Shown: in pieces, positions 39,580 through 53,229 of the stretch
Layout of the letters: each line of letters opens with the position of its first letter
How positions within the stretch are numbered: position 1 is the first letter of the stretch
The notes under the pieces: generated by a model
The model's input: only the letters and a program-made list of their open reading frames with translations
What the model was told of the DNA's origin: nothing
Database searches by the model: none
Translations under genes and position numbers: made by a program
Assembly: GCA_036172245.1 (NCBI GenBank)
Contig: JAYWIR010000007.1
Location: 2,046,001-2,110,000, forward strand
From: Raillietiella orientalis
Lineage: Eukaryota
DNA: 64,000 nucleotides
Direction of reading: 5' to 3'

Positions 39580-42020
39580 TGATTCCAGGAAAGCTCCGAA
39601 GGAAGGAGTCTGTTCCTCTCGAGCTTGGGGACCTCTTCCTTATTCCCTCCAGGGGGGCTCCCGGAAGGGAACCGTTCCTTGTTACTCCTCTGAAGAGAAC
39701 CCCGAAGGGCGATTCCCGGAGGGAGCAGCACTCTTCTTGCACACTGGAGAGGTACATCATCAATCCACCAGCTCCATGGTACGAGATGGAGGGTTTTCCC
39801 CAGAAGGGTGGAGGCGGTTCCATTTTCGCAACCGGAGGGGAACGGCTCCTTGATTCCTGAAAGGACCATGGAGGGTCGACTTCCAATCCCGGTCAGTTGA
39901 TGGGGTATCCAGGGGTTTCTGGCTTCCCCCAGTGCCGCCGCACCGGAACGCAGGCCAACCAGCGTCATCTCGCGGGGGTAACTCGAACCCTGCGACGCAT
40001 CCCCCGTTCTTGGTGCCGATCCTCCCCCCTGTGGGATTCGAGCCCGCGACGCCTGGCGCCACGCTAGGGACCCTCAGCCACGCGACCGTCAGCGAGGGCA
40101 AGGAGGCCATCTTCGGAAAGAGACAGAGCAAGAGAATGTAGGCCAGACACAGCCCATTCTTCGGAAGACGTCGAGTCGGACTTTGGATTCGATTCCAGAG
40201 GGAAAGAGCCGTCAGTGATCACCTCGAAGAAGAGAGCAAAGTGAGAAGGGGCAGCGGCAGCAGCAGCGAAGCACGGAGCAACGGCCGTGCTGCCGGAACG
40301 TGCCCTCGGAAAAGTGGTCATCTCCACGTTGCTCTGCGAAAACCCGAGTCACGGACGGCCGTCCCGATTTTTTGACCGGCTGGTTCGTTGGGGGGTCTCT
40401 GAACCAGACGCCATGCGTCGATGCCCCCCTATCACCCGGCCTCTTGCCGCGGGAATGAGATTATTATCAAACTATGTTTTCATGTGATGAAAAGCTTCCG
40501 TAGGCGGGTATATGAAAACGAGACTCCCCGGCCTTCTTGACTGCGACGCCACAGCGGAGGTGTCGGAGTCAAGCGAGGCGAGAGCAGCCCCCCCTCCCCT
40601 CCTTCGCGGTGCGATTCGGTCCATCGCGATTCGCTGCGATGGACCACCGGAGGGCGGCCGCGCACGCGGTTTCCATGCAGCGTTTCGAGAGAGAAACCTC
40701 CTGGGGCCATTCCTGCAGAATCCAGGGGGAAACTGCTGGAACTATCGCCTCGCACTTGGCGCAGATCGGAGGGACTTCGCTGCTCTGCGTCGGCGTCCGC
40801 TCCTCAGCTCTTCCTCCGCTCCCGCGTGGGAAGAGCATGCTGCAGGATGGCCTGGATCTCGGGAAGAAGGGAGAAGGGGCCGAGGAATCCGGAAGCGCAT
40901 GTCCTTGACGTAGGTTTCCCTCCTCGTTTCCAATGCTTGATCTGGATTTGGCATTGCACGGTGAGTGTGGCCTCCCTTGGAGGGGAGTGGTAGGTCAACG
41001 CCGGAGGTGCTGGAGCTGCGGATAAACCCATGGCAGGCGGGGAGTAGGCTCCTAGCCTCACCCCCTTCCCCCCCCCCTCTTCTTCCAGCTCTGAAAATGA
41101 GCTTCGCTCACTGGTTGTCAGACGGTGGTTGTTTCACCAGACATGAAGCTGATAGCATCAAAAGCTCTTGGTAGCTCCACGAAGTCGTGAACTTCGCCGT
41201 ACCCCCACCATCTCTCGTGTCCTTACTCCTCTCATCCCTTGGGACATTCGAGCCTCACTTTTCGAAGCCTGCGCGGAAAGGGGATCAGGCTACGCGAAGA
41301 ACGCGTTTCCTGGTGCTGCAGCCGCGGCCGTGCTCCCCGCTAGTGCTTCTGTCGCTCTGGACTCTAGGAGGCGAAGATGCAGCACTGACAATCGATGGCC
41401 CTCTCCTCCTCCTCCTCTTCCCTCAAGTGGTTCCCGCGCACCGCACCGCTGCTGCAGTGCTCCCTTCTCCATGCCACTACTCCAGGGAGGATCCGGAGGT
41501 CTGGCTCCCTCACTGCTTCCGCCGTGGTGGCCGTAGAGGTCGCCGCGGAGGGCAGACCAGCGGTAGCTCATTCCTGCGCACGGCGGCACATTGGTCAGTT
41601 TGGGGCGCTGCAGAGTCGCCTGGCGGCGGAACGTAGTACCTTCGTGTGGACTTTGCAGAAGGAACGGGACGGGAGGGGTGCTTCGGGATCACCTGTGCGG
41701 AGCACCTCTCCTGGAGACATAGTGGTTGCCTCTCCAGAGCATAAGAAGCGCGTTGCTCCCTTCGGGGAGCGCCTTTCACCGAAATTAGGAAGCGTCCCTC
41801 TGGGGTTCTCTTCAGAGGAGGAAACGGAGCGGTTCCCTTGCGGAGGTATCCTCCGGAAAAAAATCTCAGGAGAGGATCCTTTACGGGTTCCTTTCGAAGA
41901 AGAAATAATGGAACGGTCCCCTCCGGAGGATCCGTCCGGAGAGATTAAGGAAGAGGTTCCCTTCGGGTTCCCTCCCAAGCGTAAGAGGAATGGACTCCTT
42001 CCTCTGGAGTGCTCCTCCTG
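39580..42020. repeat. Pair of diverged inverted repeats (about 39580-39790 and 41690-42020)
   Basis: An exact 19-nt inverted match (39685..39703 versus 41802..41820, GGGGTTCTCTTCAGAGGAG) plus collinear blocks TAAGGAAGAGGT, GAGGAA..GACTCCTTCCT and CCTCTCCAG...AAGAAG...TGCTCCCT. Confidence 0.85.
40025..40097 (-). repeat. tRNA-derived SINE-like head or tRNA pseudogene
   Basis: Minus strand has A-box-like GGTCGCGTGGCTGAGG and B-box-like GGCTCGAATCC at tRNA spacing; stems are imperfect. Confidence 0.45.
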
Positions 42021-42699
42021 GATTCAAATAGAGCGCAGGTCTTATTTTTTTTGGACGGATCCCCCTTCTCCCATCCTCACACGTACCGGGAGGAGGTCGC
42101 GCAGAGGCAACACCGGGGAATCCCGATGCTTCGAGGTCTCCAGGGCAATCGCTGTGCCTTCTGTGGACCCTTTGGTGGGAAGCGGCCAACCAAATAGAAG
42201 CAACCGTGAGCGACTCGGAGAGAAGTGGGACGGCGGGAGGCGGGGACCAGGAAGGGCTGCGCACTTTCGTAGCCTTCCCTCTCGCAGACCCTCTTTTTTT
42301 TAAAAAAAATAAAATGGGTCCTTCTCTTCCATTCCTCCTCACTCTTCTTCCTCCTCCTTCTTCCTCTTCCACGTCTTTTCCTCCTCCCCCACCTCCTTCT
42401 CCCTTTCTCCTCTTTTCTCCCTCCTCCCTCTCCTTCCTTGCTCCTCCTATTCCTTTGATCTGGCAATAAGTTGAGCGAGTGTTTTCTAGATGAGAGGTGG
42501 ATGCCTGAGAGGATCGAGATAAAAATAGGGTTGGGTTGCACGTGAAACTCTAAGGACGTCCTCGAGATTCCCCTCCCTTCCCTCCACTACAGTCGGTAGA
42601 GAAAGAGACAAAAAGGGAAATGGCTCGCCTAAAGTGGTCGCCACGCCTGCTGCTGCTGCTACTGCTGCTGCGGGCGAGATCAGCGTGCACACTCGGATC

Positions 42700-43150
42700 C
42701 GGCCTGCCTGGCGCGGCGGTTAGCGAAGCGCAGCTACGGCCGCCATGGCGACGATGGCGCCTATCAGGATTGGAGAGTGTACGGGATCGCTTTACTGAGG
42801 AGATAGGAGGAGGAGGGGACTGGATGGAGTGCAGGGGTGGATCAGTAGTAGCAAGAGATGTGGATCTTCGTGAGTCCGACGGCGAGGGCTTTGTCGCTGG
42901 CGTTCCGAATCGGTCACCTGGGCGACCGTCGGTCCTTCTGGCGGCCCAAGACTTCTGGAAGGGGCGAAGATCCGGAAGCGCGACGACCGGCGCCGTACTG
43001 CACCACCATCCAGTCCGTCCTTCTTCTCTTCGCTCCGGGGGAGGGGAGGGAGAGAGACGATGGGCGCCTGATATTCAAAAACGTCGTCTGGGCGTCGCTG
43101 CTGCCATCTGCGACCGGAAGTAGGAGAGAAGGCACAGTCCTGACCCCTTC
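42700..43150 (+). mobile_element. Degenerate LINE APE-type endonuclease relic
   Basis: AAVSEAQLRP...LSGL...DR....GGGG...LAAQDF follows the APE pattern i.lsEt.L.p...i.Gy...DR...GGGV...il.GDF. Confidence 0.45.
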
Positions 43151-44649
43151 TCCCTCCCCTCCCTCACGGTCAGGCGAGGCCGTGCGAGAGAGGTGTTCCG
43201 ATCGGGAGGGAGGAGTGTCGCTTCCTTCCCGCGCTCCAGGGAGGCCGCGTAGATGCTCCCGAGGAACTCAAGAGGAGACACGAAGAGGACGGGGGAAGAG
43301 GGGGGCGCCGAAGGGAGGGGAATCCCTCCAAGCGAGTCCCGGTCGCTGGGGACGGCGACCGATCTCGCATTTCCCGCCTCCATCCCCGGACGAGTTCATC
43401 TTTGCTAGGAAGGGAAGGGAAGGAGGGGGGGGGGGAGAGAGAGAGAGAGAGCACCGGCGCCGCGCCTTCCCCGTTCGAGGACGCGCGTGCCGTAGGAGAG
43501 TTAGCGTCAGCCCCTGCCCGAGGGCAATCCTTGCGCGCTGCCTAATCCCCTTCGCCGGTTTTCCCACTTTCTTTTCTTCTTGGAAGGAGGGAAGAAAGGG
43601 GGCACTTCCCACCTCCGGCTCTTCCGGGACAGGTCCTCCCTGCCGAAATGCGGGACGCAGTCGCTTTTCCCCTTCCCGGCCTGCGCGCCCCTGCCAAGGC
43701 GGTTCGTGAGTCGCCCACTTCATCCCTCCGACCTAGAGCAAAGGAGGCGATAAGGGACAGGGAGAAGCAGCCTCGACCCTCAGGTCGAGGGACCTCCCGA
43801 ACCGCCCGGGACGCAGTCCCCCCCCCCCGATCCTCTCGGCTCTCGGGAAACGTTCTTGGTCTCCTCCCTTCCTTTTTTCGGAGGGGGAACGCTCCGGTCT
43901 CCTTCAACGCACACGGGGCGACGGACGGTAGCCTGGGCGCCTTTGCTTCGCACCCCGCGGGCGCGGACGCCGCGTCCAGGAGGCGCCCGGACCTTCGTAG
44001 CTCTAGAGGGGACGTTCCTCCTGCCCCCTTTCCCCTTCCCTCATGGAGCCATCCGGAGGCCGCGCGGATGGTGGCTCTTCGTGGAGACCGCTCCGAGGCG
44101 CCGAGCGAGGGCTCCGCGTTCCCACGTTTCCTGGGAGGGGGAAGAAAGAGAGGATGACAATCGAAAGGAGGGTGAAGAGGAAAAGGAGGAGAGGGAAGGG
44201 AAGAGGAGGATGAAAATGAGGAGGAGGGGATTGTCTCCAGCCTCTTTCCCGCGGGAGCATTCTCGCCTGCTCCTTCATCCCGCCCCTGCTCACGCTCTTT
44301 GTCTCTTTCCCAGTTTCCTGTACCTTATGTCGTCCCGTAAGTCTCCAATCCTCCCCCTCTCTCGCTTCCCCCTTTCCTTCGACCCCTCCTTTGTCGTCGG
44401 CGCCGCTGCGAGAGGACGGTGTCCGATGGGGGTGGGGACGGGGGCGCTGCAAACAGCGCGGGATAAAGGTTGGAGGAGAAGGGGGCGTCCGTTGGCGCTC
44501 TCCCTGATCCAGTGCCGCCGCGGGCGCCGTCGTAGAAAGATCCTTGCTGACGTGGGGATGGGGGGATGAAGGTGGGATGTGCAAAGAAGGAGAAAGAGAG
44601 GGGGTGGCGAGCTCCCCTCTCTTTCTCCCACTTCGCGCCAGGTCACGGA

Positions 44650-45250
44650 TGGGGGGGGGGGGAGAGACCAGCACCGGGAGCGGCTACTTCCATCCGACAC
44701 AGCTCGTTCTCTGCACTCCGCTCTAGATGCTGTTGTGCATCTCTTTCCCGTCCTGGCATACCCCGTCGGAGATGCCGCATAGGGGATGCTTTGCCGTCGT
44801 CCAGGGCGCAGGCGACGACCGAGCAACCAGTGGAGGAGCTCTTCAGGAGACGCTCGGGAGCAGCCTCCGAGCGTCGCCCCGTGTGCGCGCGCGCGAAAGG
44901 ACCGGAAGGCGGGAAGGAAAAACGGGAGAAAATTCACGGCGAATCCCGTTTCCACTGGAAACCACTTCATCTCACGGATCCTCCACATGGATCTGGTGCG
45001 CTTCTTCTCCCCCCCTCCCCTTCCGTCGCGCACCTGAAGTTGGTGGAGCTCAGGACTCAACGCTCCTCGGGAGGAGCGCCACTCTGGGAGGAACGCGCCT
45101 GGGGTGCTCGTGAAGAACTTATGGGCATGCGCTCCCGGGGTTCGCACACGAGAGCCGGTGGTGGAGCGGATTGACGACCACGGGTGGATTTGTAGGTAGC
45201 GGAACCGAGTCTTCCTCCGGGCACGATTTTCTGCCGTTAGGGACTCATTC
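44650..45250 (-). mobile_element. Degenerate Jockey-like reverse transcriptase relic
   Basis: ORF 44290..45333 contains HKFF, LSPE..Q, MW...MK, FL..FRSFRAR..G and PYAA, in the order of RT domains (K.fE; P.QfGFR; vW...K; fL..RsF.vr; lYADD). Confidence 0.4.
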
Positions 45251-45749
45251 CCATCATTCCTGGGCCCCCTCGGAGGCTGCCCGCGTCCAACAGAAAAAGG
45301 CAAAACAAAATTTCTTGATGACCAGGGGTGCACCCCCCTCCCCCATCAGCACAGCTTGGGGCTGCTGCGTAATCCAGGCTAACCAGTGAGGCTGCAGGAA
45401 GAACGGGAAGTTTTCACCCGGTCACGCCGGGGCGTTTATTCCTAAACACTTTGTTTTCGCGGTACGAGGCCCCGCTACGGCCAATAGTTCTTTGGACCTG
45501 CCGGGAAGCCGGCTCGCAGGCCGGCTTGACTCTCCTCGGCAGCGGAGGGGTAGGGGGTAAAAACGAGAAGAAAAATGAAAGAAATAAACGAAAAGAAACT
45601 ATTTGGAGGGCCGGGAAGGGATCACAGCCTGCTGGAGGAAGAGACCATCCTTACGAGGATGCCCTCGAGGTCCCTCTTCATTGTTCCCAGATGGGACCAG
45701 CCGATCGCGATTCGCAGGTATCGACCCGCGTGTGCGATGGCGTCCCTGT

Positions 45750-46100
45750 CGCTGCTTCCTCTGTTGGCTGCGCTCCGCGCGGCCACAATCCCTCGGAGGC
45801 AGCAAAGTGCTGCCAGGGCTGAGGCTGGTGTCAGGGCGTGTCGCACGAAGAGGAGTCTCATAACGTCTCTGGAGGTGCTGCCTACCGGCATTGAAAGAAT
45901 CGTAGCAAAACTTTCCCACGAGGGCCGGAGGGCAGCGCAGTCCACTAACAGATGGGGGAGGGATTCCTTCTCCCCGCACACTGCACAGTTCTGTTCAACA
46001 TTCCCCCACGTCCAGTGGTGGCGGCGCGCGTTGCAGGGAAGACCCCAGTGCAACAACAACAGCGCCGTTTCCTGCCACTTTAGGGGGAGAGGGAAGTGGA
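45750..46100 (-). mobile_element. L1/Tx1-type non-LTR retrotransposon C-terminal zinc-binding (zf-RVT) relic
   Basis: LLHWGLPCNARRHHW...NCAVCGEKESLPHLLVDC....SW matches the zf-RVT pattern lh..LP...r...C..C...Et..Hl...C......W. Confidence 0.65.
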
Positions 46101-49100
46101 GAGGAAGGGAGCTACCTGCTGGCGCCTGCTGCGCCTGGTCACACGCGAGAGCTTGCTTGTTGTCCGGCTGAACGGCCCGAAGGCTCGAAGCAGAGGGACT
46201 TCTTGTGCTCCAGAGAGGTCGCCACATGAGCGCTACTGAAGGATGTAGCGGGGGAAGAGGGGGACGCGGAGAGGACGGAGGAGTTGTGGGGAAGAGGGAG
46301 CCGAGGTTCCCGCCCAACCTTGCCTTGGGAGACGCGCGCATCCCCGCACCCGTCGAGCGGCTTCGAGCCAGGAGCGTCCAATGGGTCGGGGATGCATCTG
46401 AGGTTTTTCCTTTTGCTTTCTTCCTGTGGTCTGGGGACGAAGGGGCGGGCAGAAACGGGAAGGGAAGCCTCGCGGGCCCCAGGTGCCTCCACCTGATGCT
46501 GCGGTGACGGCCTCGCCTGCCATCGACAACGACGAGAAAGCAGGGCGCGCGCTAAGCGAGCGAGACGCAGCAGTCACCGTTAGCGGAACCAGTCGGTTGG
46601 GGGGCGGCCAAGCGGATCGTTGATGCTCTCCGGTCGACGGTCTCACGGTAAACGAGGAGGGGAAGAGGAAAGCGAGGAAGGAACGAAGAAGAGGAAGGGA
46701 GGAGGAGGAGGAGGAGAGGGAAGGCAAGAGGAAGAGGAGGAAGGGGCCGAAAGAAAAGGGATCCTCCGTCGCTGCTTTCCTTCTCCAGACGATGGTCTTG
46801 CATGGGCGAATCCCCGGCAAAGCGCGCCTTTACCATTGGGAGGGTGGGGGCAGATCGCGACAGGTGCGGGAAGAGGGAGGCCTTCCACTCATCTGCTTCC
46901 AGACAATGCTGCCCTCTGACTCCTTTGAGATCGCCTAGCGACGACTTGCTGAATCCCAGTGGTGGGCGACCCCAGGGACATTTCGAAACTCCTCTTCGCG
47001 TCTTCCGCACTGCCGCCACCCGCGCTCCTTGCAGCTCCCGGCTGTCTTCGCGGGATCGTGGCGGCCTGGAACGCTGGAAAAAGAGCCCGGAATGGAAGGG
47101 GAACCATCCACTGGTCGAAAAAACTGTTGAGGTGTTGAGGAGGACCTGCCGGCACCAAACGGTCCCACCTGGGAAGCATCCGCAACCAACCTGCCGGCAT
47201 CCTGGATAAAATGCAGAGTATACCTGGCAGTGAAATCGAGGAAGGGATTCCTTAATTTCTCCCTCTCCCCTTCCCGAGGAAAACTTTCCCGCCCTTTTTT
47301 CGTCTGTTTCTTTTCGCCTTCCCTTCCCCTTCGCTGCCTAAGTAGACCTCGCCGGTCCGCGCACCGGGAACAGGCAGAATCAACGTGTTTTTTTTTTGTA
47401 GTACGTAACAGAACCACAAAAATTGTAAATTCATTCTTTCATATAATGAATGTCCTGGAAAAACCGGGTGACCTTCCTCAGGCGACGCGTATCGCACGCT
47501 TCCTTCTCAGAGGAGTCTCCCAAGCGTGGTTGCCCTGCCAACCGAAACAAGCGAAGATGGTTCGGCCGTGTTTTCGAGGAACCGAAGCAAACGATACCGA
47601 AGGTGTGAGGACAGGGAATCGAAACGCGCATACTCCTATCGGGTAGAACACGGCGATGGTAACGGCTTGAATCCCGTGGGTTTCCCGCCCTATCAACGAG
47701 TGCACCTCGGGGAGCGGGATGTGGGCAGAGTGCGCGCGGGGGAGAAGAGGGGGAGAGGGTGGCGAGACGGGTCGCCGTCGCGTCCCTTCTCTGCGCCGGC
47801 AGCTTCCCCGCTAGCATGCGGGGCCACGAGCGGAAGATGGACGAAACGGGCGGACGAACTTCGCCGTCTCGCGATCGTCTGGATCCGCCGCCTTCGGGGG
47901 ACCGCGAGGCCATCGTGAGACGGCGGCGAGGTCCAGCATCGGATCCCTCCAGCGTCCAGAAGTAGGAAACCCATGCGTCCGGCGTCGCGACCAGCGACGG
48001 GAACCCACAGCGCGTATCCCGTTGCTTCTTCCTGTCCCGCCGAAAGGAGGAAGAGGAGAGTCGGGTGAAAAACCGGTGATGGCGGCGATGAAGACGACGA
48101 CAACGCTGCTGGTGGTGATATTGAGGAAGGAGGAAGGAAAGAAGAGGAGGGAGAAACGAGGAGGGAAGGAAAGGGAGGAATGGAGGGAGGAGCAAGATGC
48201 GCCGTTCTTGGGGCTGGCCCTGCTGCGAACTCCAAGGCGGTGGGACCCACACTGATAGATCGCATCGTTGCAGAACTCGGAAGGAAGGATGTTTTTCGGG
48301 ACGTTGCCGCGTCCCTGCCTCTTTGGGAATCAGCTGGAAGGATTCGTCCCCCTTCCCACCTACTCTTTTCCTTTTCGGTCGCTGCCCCTCTCCTCAGGAG
48401 CCCGTGACCCGTCGCGTGAGTTGGCACAAAAAGACGCAGAGGTCGGTCAGCCATAACAACGAGCGACGCGGAGGAAACCGCTGTCTGCGCGCCGGGAAGT
48501 TCCTCCCTCCCCCCCCCTTCACTTCCGCCAGCAGACGAGCGAGTCGCAAGACCGATCTCTGCCGCGGAGGCACTAGAGAGCGCCATAGGGAACCATCCAG
48601 CCGGTCTTTTGTTTCTCTGGGAAGACCCGCGTTCCTCCCGAGTCCTGCGAGGGACGGTGGCGGGCGAAGGAGCGCGCGCGGGGACGTGTGCCATGAGCGT
48701 CAAAGAGCACCGTAGCGCGCGCTCATGTGGCTCCAAAATGGGACAAAAGCCGGGGCAGGGATCGGACACTGCCGCAGGGGAGATCATCCCGAGGCGGGGT
48801 CCGGAGGGCACCTCCCCTCCTCCGCTCTCCTCGCCCCCCTGCCGGCCGCCGCGTGCACCGGAGTGCAGCGTTTCGTCTCCGTCTCCGGGGGCCGCGCGCA
48901 GCGTTGCTCCAGGGGCGGCGTCGCGGAGCAGCGCGGTCGCGCGTGAGCTCTTGTGTGGCGAAGCGACCCAGGCGAGGCCGCAGCCGCCGGGTCAGCCCGC
49001 GGCATCGCTTCCGAGTGCTCGCGCGGCCAGGAGGCCAGCAACGCGGACCGTGACAGCGCGCGAGGACGACCCCTCCCCCTCCACCCGCCGTCCTCGGCAA

Positions 49101-52100
49101 CGCCCGCCGAGTGCGGTAGGGAGAAACGTGCTGGTGGCGGAGCTCGCGGGAAGCGAGGGGCGAGGCACGCCGCCACCGGACTGAGAGCCCGGGCTCGGGA
49201 GAGCGGGAAGGCAGGGGAAGGGGCGGGAGGAGTCCTCTGGAGTGTGAGTGCCTGCCATCTGGCCTCAGGCAGGTCCCCCTCTCCTCCCCCTCCTCCCTGT
49301 TTGCGACAGAGATCCTCCCTTGCGTTGAGGGGGGCTTGCCGAACCGACGCCGCGTCGCTGCGGATCCACGGCGCCCCCTGCAGCGCACGTGGGGCGGCTG
49401 ACCGTTTCCAGAGGCACTCCATCTTGACCTTCCCCTGGCCCCCATCCTGGCGCCCTTCGCGCAGGTGCGCAGGGTGCCTAAGGGCACGCTCTCCTGCTGC
49501 TCCTTCTCAGGTCGATCCCGCGGGAATAAACGGAGGCGGGTGGGCGAAAGGAGGGAAGCACCCCTCTCCCTTCTTTCCTCCCGAAGGCTGGAGGGGCCTG
49601 TGGGGTGGAGATGGACTTCGTCCAGCCTGTTCCTCCGTTCTCGCTCTGAGGCGAACACGTAGGGCAGATTTCCTCCGGCCCTCACGGGAGACGGGAGACA
49701 AGCCTGATAGAAGAAGGAAGGGGAGGAGGAAAGGAGGAGAAGGGGAGGGCAGGATGGTGCCCGTCGGTGCGTCCGGCCTGCAGATGCCGCGCACGCGGAC
49801 GCCAAAGGGTGGCGACAGCGCTGGCTGTTGGACAGGAAAGGGAGAGGGAAAGGAAGAGGGACCTCGGGAGCGCGAGGTCAAGGTGGGGTCCCTTTGCTGG
49901 CGCCGCGCAGCCGGAATGGTGGAAAGGGAGGAGGAGAAGAGGGGGACAGCTCGTTGGGCCCCACCATGAGTCCCGCGCAGAGAGAGAGGATCAGGGGTCG
50001 GCAGAGGTGTCTCCGCGAGGAGAGGGCAGAGAGGGAAAAGGAGGAAAAGAAGGTGAGAGTGGGATTGGTCGGCCGCGGCACGCGCAGAGACGGAGAAGGA
50101 CGTCCCCTTCTGGACGGGAAGGGGACGGATGAAAGGGCGCGGGTTAAGCAGAGACGGGGTGGGTGCGGCTCACTTCGCTCCAGCGGGGAATGGGGGAGGG
50201 GGGGAAAGGGGATTGAGACCCTCCGCCGCCTCAGAGGAGCTCGCACTGTCCTGACGAAGGGCAGGGGGAGCGTCCGGGGCCTCCCTCTGTGCGCTCACTC
50301 TCCCTGCATCGGCGCCCTTATTGCCTCGGGTAGGGGCGTGACCTTCCGAGCGCGCTCCTCTGGGACCGAAGGTCAGGCCGATTCCCCTCCCCGAATCCTA
50401 AGCCCGTCTGCCTCACTCCCTCCGGAAGAGGCAGGTTTCCAGGGGCAACTGGGCAGCCGCCCCTGGGTCCCGCTGATGCTTCGCCCCTGGCCGGCAGGTT
50501 CACTTTCCTCCTCCCCCACCCCATGTAGCGGGCGCGATCCCGCGCGACCGCTCCGGGGGAAGGAAGGATGAGGAAACGGTTGGGGTATGATGTGGTGTGG
50601 TGGGGGGAAAGGTTCGTGAGGAAATGGGGGATCGCTTCCCTCCCCCTCCGCTGGTAGATTCACGCCTGCGTGCGAGGGCAGGACTGCCTCGTGCATGAGG
50701 GGGGCGAGTGTTCTCTCTGCCCCTTTCGCACGGCCCCTTCCTACCTTCCCGGGAACTCGCAGAAAGCTGTGAGGGAGAGGAGGGTTGTCCAACCCCGACC
50801 CTGACCTCTCTTCCTCTCTCTCTCCCCCTCCTGCCCTTAGATACCAGCGCGCGCACGTGTACGCAGGGCGAGGTGTTCTCCAGTTCATGCGAGGGTCTCG
50901 AGCGTCATGAAAGAAGGAAGGGGGGGGAAGAGAGGCGGACGGGTGGAGGGAGGGGCGGAACAATGCGCCGACGGTGACCACGCGCTTTCCCCTCCTCCTC
51001 GCCATCCGCCTCGCCTTTTTTTTTTTGCGTCCCTCGCTGGGCGGGAAAGGCAAACAGCGCGTGGGGCCCGCGACCGCTGTCCGTTCGCGCGCGTGTGTTT
51101 TTTTTCTTTTTTTGTTTGCTCAGAGGTGCCGCAGAGGCTGCGGCGAGGACCCGAGGCGCACCTTCCATGCCCTTCCCACCCACTGACCCGAGGGGCGATC
51201 CCTCCTCGTCGGGAGTCGAGTAGCAGGCAGGTCGCCTCTCGCGACGCGCCTCCTCCGTGGCAGGGGAGAGAGGACTCGTTGCAGCTGACCCGTGCGCTTC
51301 CTCCTCGACCCTAGGGGGACCACCCCACGCCGGAAGGGAGGGCAACCAGGAGACGAGAGGATACGTCTCCACGCCCGCCCGTCCCCCCTTCGGCTCCGAC
51401 CTGGGGCATCCACTCGTGGCTCCTAAAAGTCCTTTCTCCGCGACTGTCATCACCGCCACCCCGGAAGCGCTGGATAGCCCGGAATGAAACGACACCGGGC
51501 GATCTCCCGGAAAGCGCTCCGTTCCCAAGCTGGGGGACCCGAAGGGAAGGGGGGAGGGCGTGCCTTTCCCCTCTCTTCTAACCGGAGAGGCCTCTCCCCT
51601 TCCCCGGACACCCGGAAGGGACCAGAAGGGAGCCGCCTGTAGTCGGCGTGAGAGACGGGGGCGCCTCGCCCTCTCCTGCGAAGGCGCCGTCCCTTTGCCC
51701 GCAAGGAGACTGCACGCGCAGTGGGAGGTGCGCGCCATAGCATCCCGGCTTCCGTCCCGAGGATGGCCACGTTTCCCGGAAGTTCGGGAACGTTGCAAGT
51801 AAAGGGGAAGGGGAGGGAAGTGGCGCCACCAGTTCGGATCCGCTGGCCCCATAGCGCGGGAGGTCCGGGGAAGGTAGGGCCTAAAGGGTGGGGACGGACT
51901 TCGTCTGTCCTGTTCCCGACTATCCCTCCCGGACAGATGCCTGGAGGAAGGGGTTGCGCGTGCGCAGCCTCACAAGGCCAGGGCGGAGGGAAGCCGGGAG
52001 GGGCCGTTGGGGAGAAACGCCGGGGCTCCCAAGGCGGGAGGAGTTGACGGGGATGTTCCGAAAGGGAGGGGGTGCAGTTGCAGCTATGGCACAACGATGT

Positions 52101-53229
52101 TCTCTCCCAGGGGGCGCCAGGGGCGCTCCGGGGAGGGGTGGATCCCGTCCTGCGTCCGGGGGAAGCAAAGGGACGGGAGCAGGAAGGAAGGGAGGCTTAG
52201 AGGGAGGGGACGAGCGGTAGAGAAGCCGAGAGAGGGATTATTACGAAGGGCGCGAGGAGGGGCGGCAGGAAGGGAAAGAAGTGAGCCGGCAGCCTCCTGG
52301 GAACGGCCGGTACTTTGGGGTTCATCCCGCCTCCTCCCTGGTGCTCGAGATGACCCCTCCCTCCTTTCTTTCTCTCTCATGGGGAGGGGGAGACCCACCC
52401 TTCTGATGCTCGCGCGCTCTGCCGGCCGCCGCTACAGCTGCAGAGGCTGCGCGCGACGTACCACTCGGTCCGCAAAGATGGGGGTCGACTCAGCTCCGCC
52501 GACGCCCGGTCGCCGTCCGCACTGGTCTCCTCCTCTCCCTTGCCGGTGGGCAATTCCTCTTTCCTGTGAGGCCTTCGCCACTGTCGGTTGCGCCGTTCTG
52601 CATCCCGCCCGTTCCCATCTCTCGCCCTATGCAAGCGAGCGCGCCTCAGGGCCGCAGGGGGGCACACAAGCCGCTGCCGCCCCGGCCTGCGGCTCTCCGG
52701 AAGTCTCGACCCTGGAAGCCACGACAGCCTCAGCCACTCCTCGCGGAGGCCGCAAAGGAATAGCAAGAGGAGGAGGGAGGGGGTTGCAACACGGTCACGC
52801 CGGGGCGAGGAGGAGGGAGGGGGAGGGGATGCGGATGGGCGAAAGTGCATCGCGGCGCCTGCGATGGCGCCCTCTTGGGAGAGTGGGGTGTCGGCGCCCT
52901 CCCATCCATCACCACCTCTGGGTGAAGGATGGGAGGGCGAAAGCGCCCCACTCTTTCTCTCGCCGGCCGGGAGGCGACGCGCGTTAATCAGCCGACCCCT
53001 CCCGCCTTGGAGAGCGGTTGCACGCTCCTTTTCGCCGACCGTTCCCCTACCCTCGAGGTCTGGGCGTGGGGAGGCGAGGAGGGGGTGTTCCGTCCATTCC
53101 GGGGGGGTCATGGCGAATGGAAGAAATCGCCGCTCCTCCCACCCTAGGGAAATGGGAAACGAGCGCTCGTGCGAAGATGCGCTGCCTCCGAGCTCTGCCC
53201 GATGGGACCTGTCGTAAGCTCTCTCAACG

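Noticed and set aside
42620..42690. Signal-peptide-like MARLKWSPRLLLLLLLLRA
   Set aside because: The Leu run comes from a (CTG)n repeat in front of a LINE endonuclease relic.
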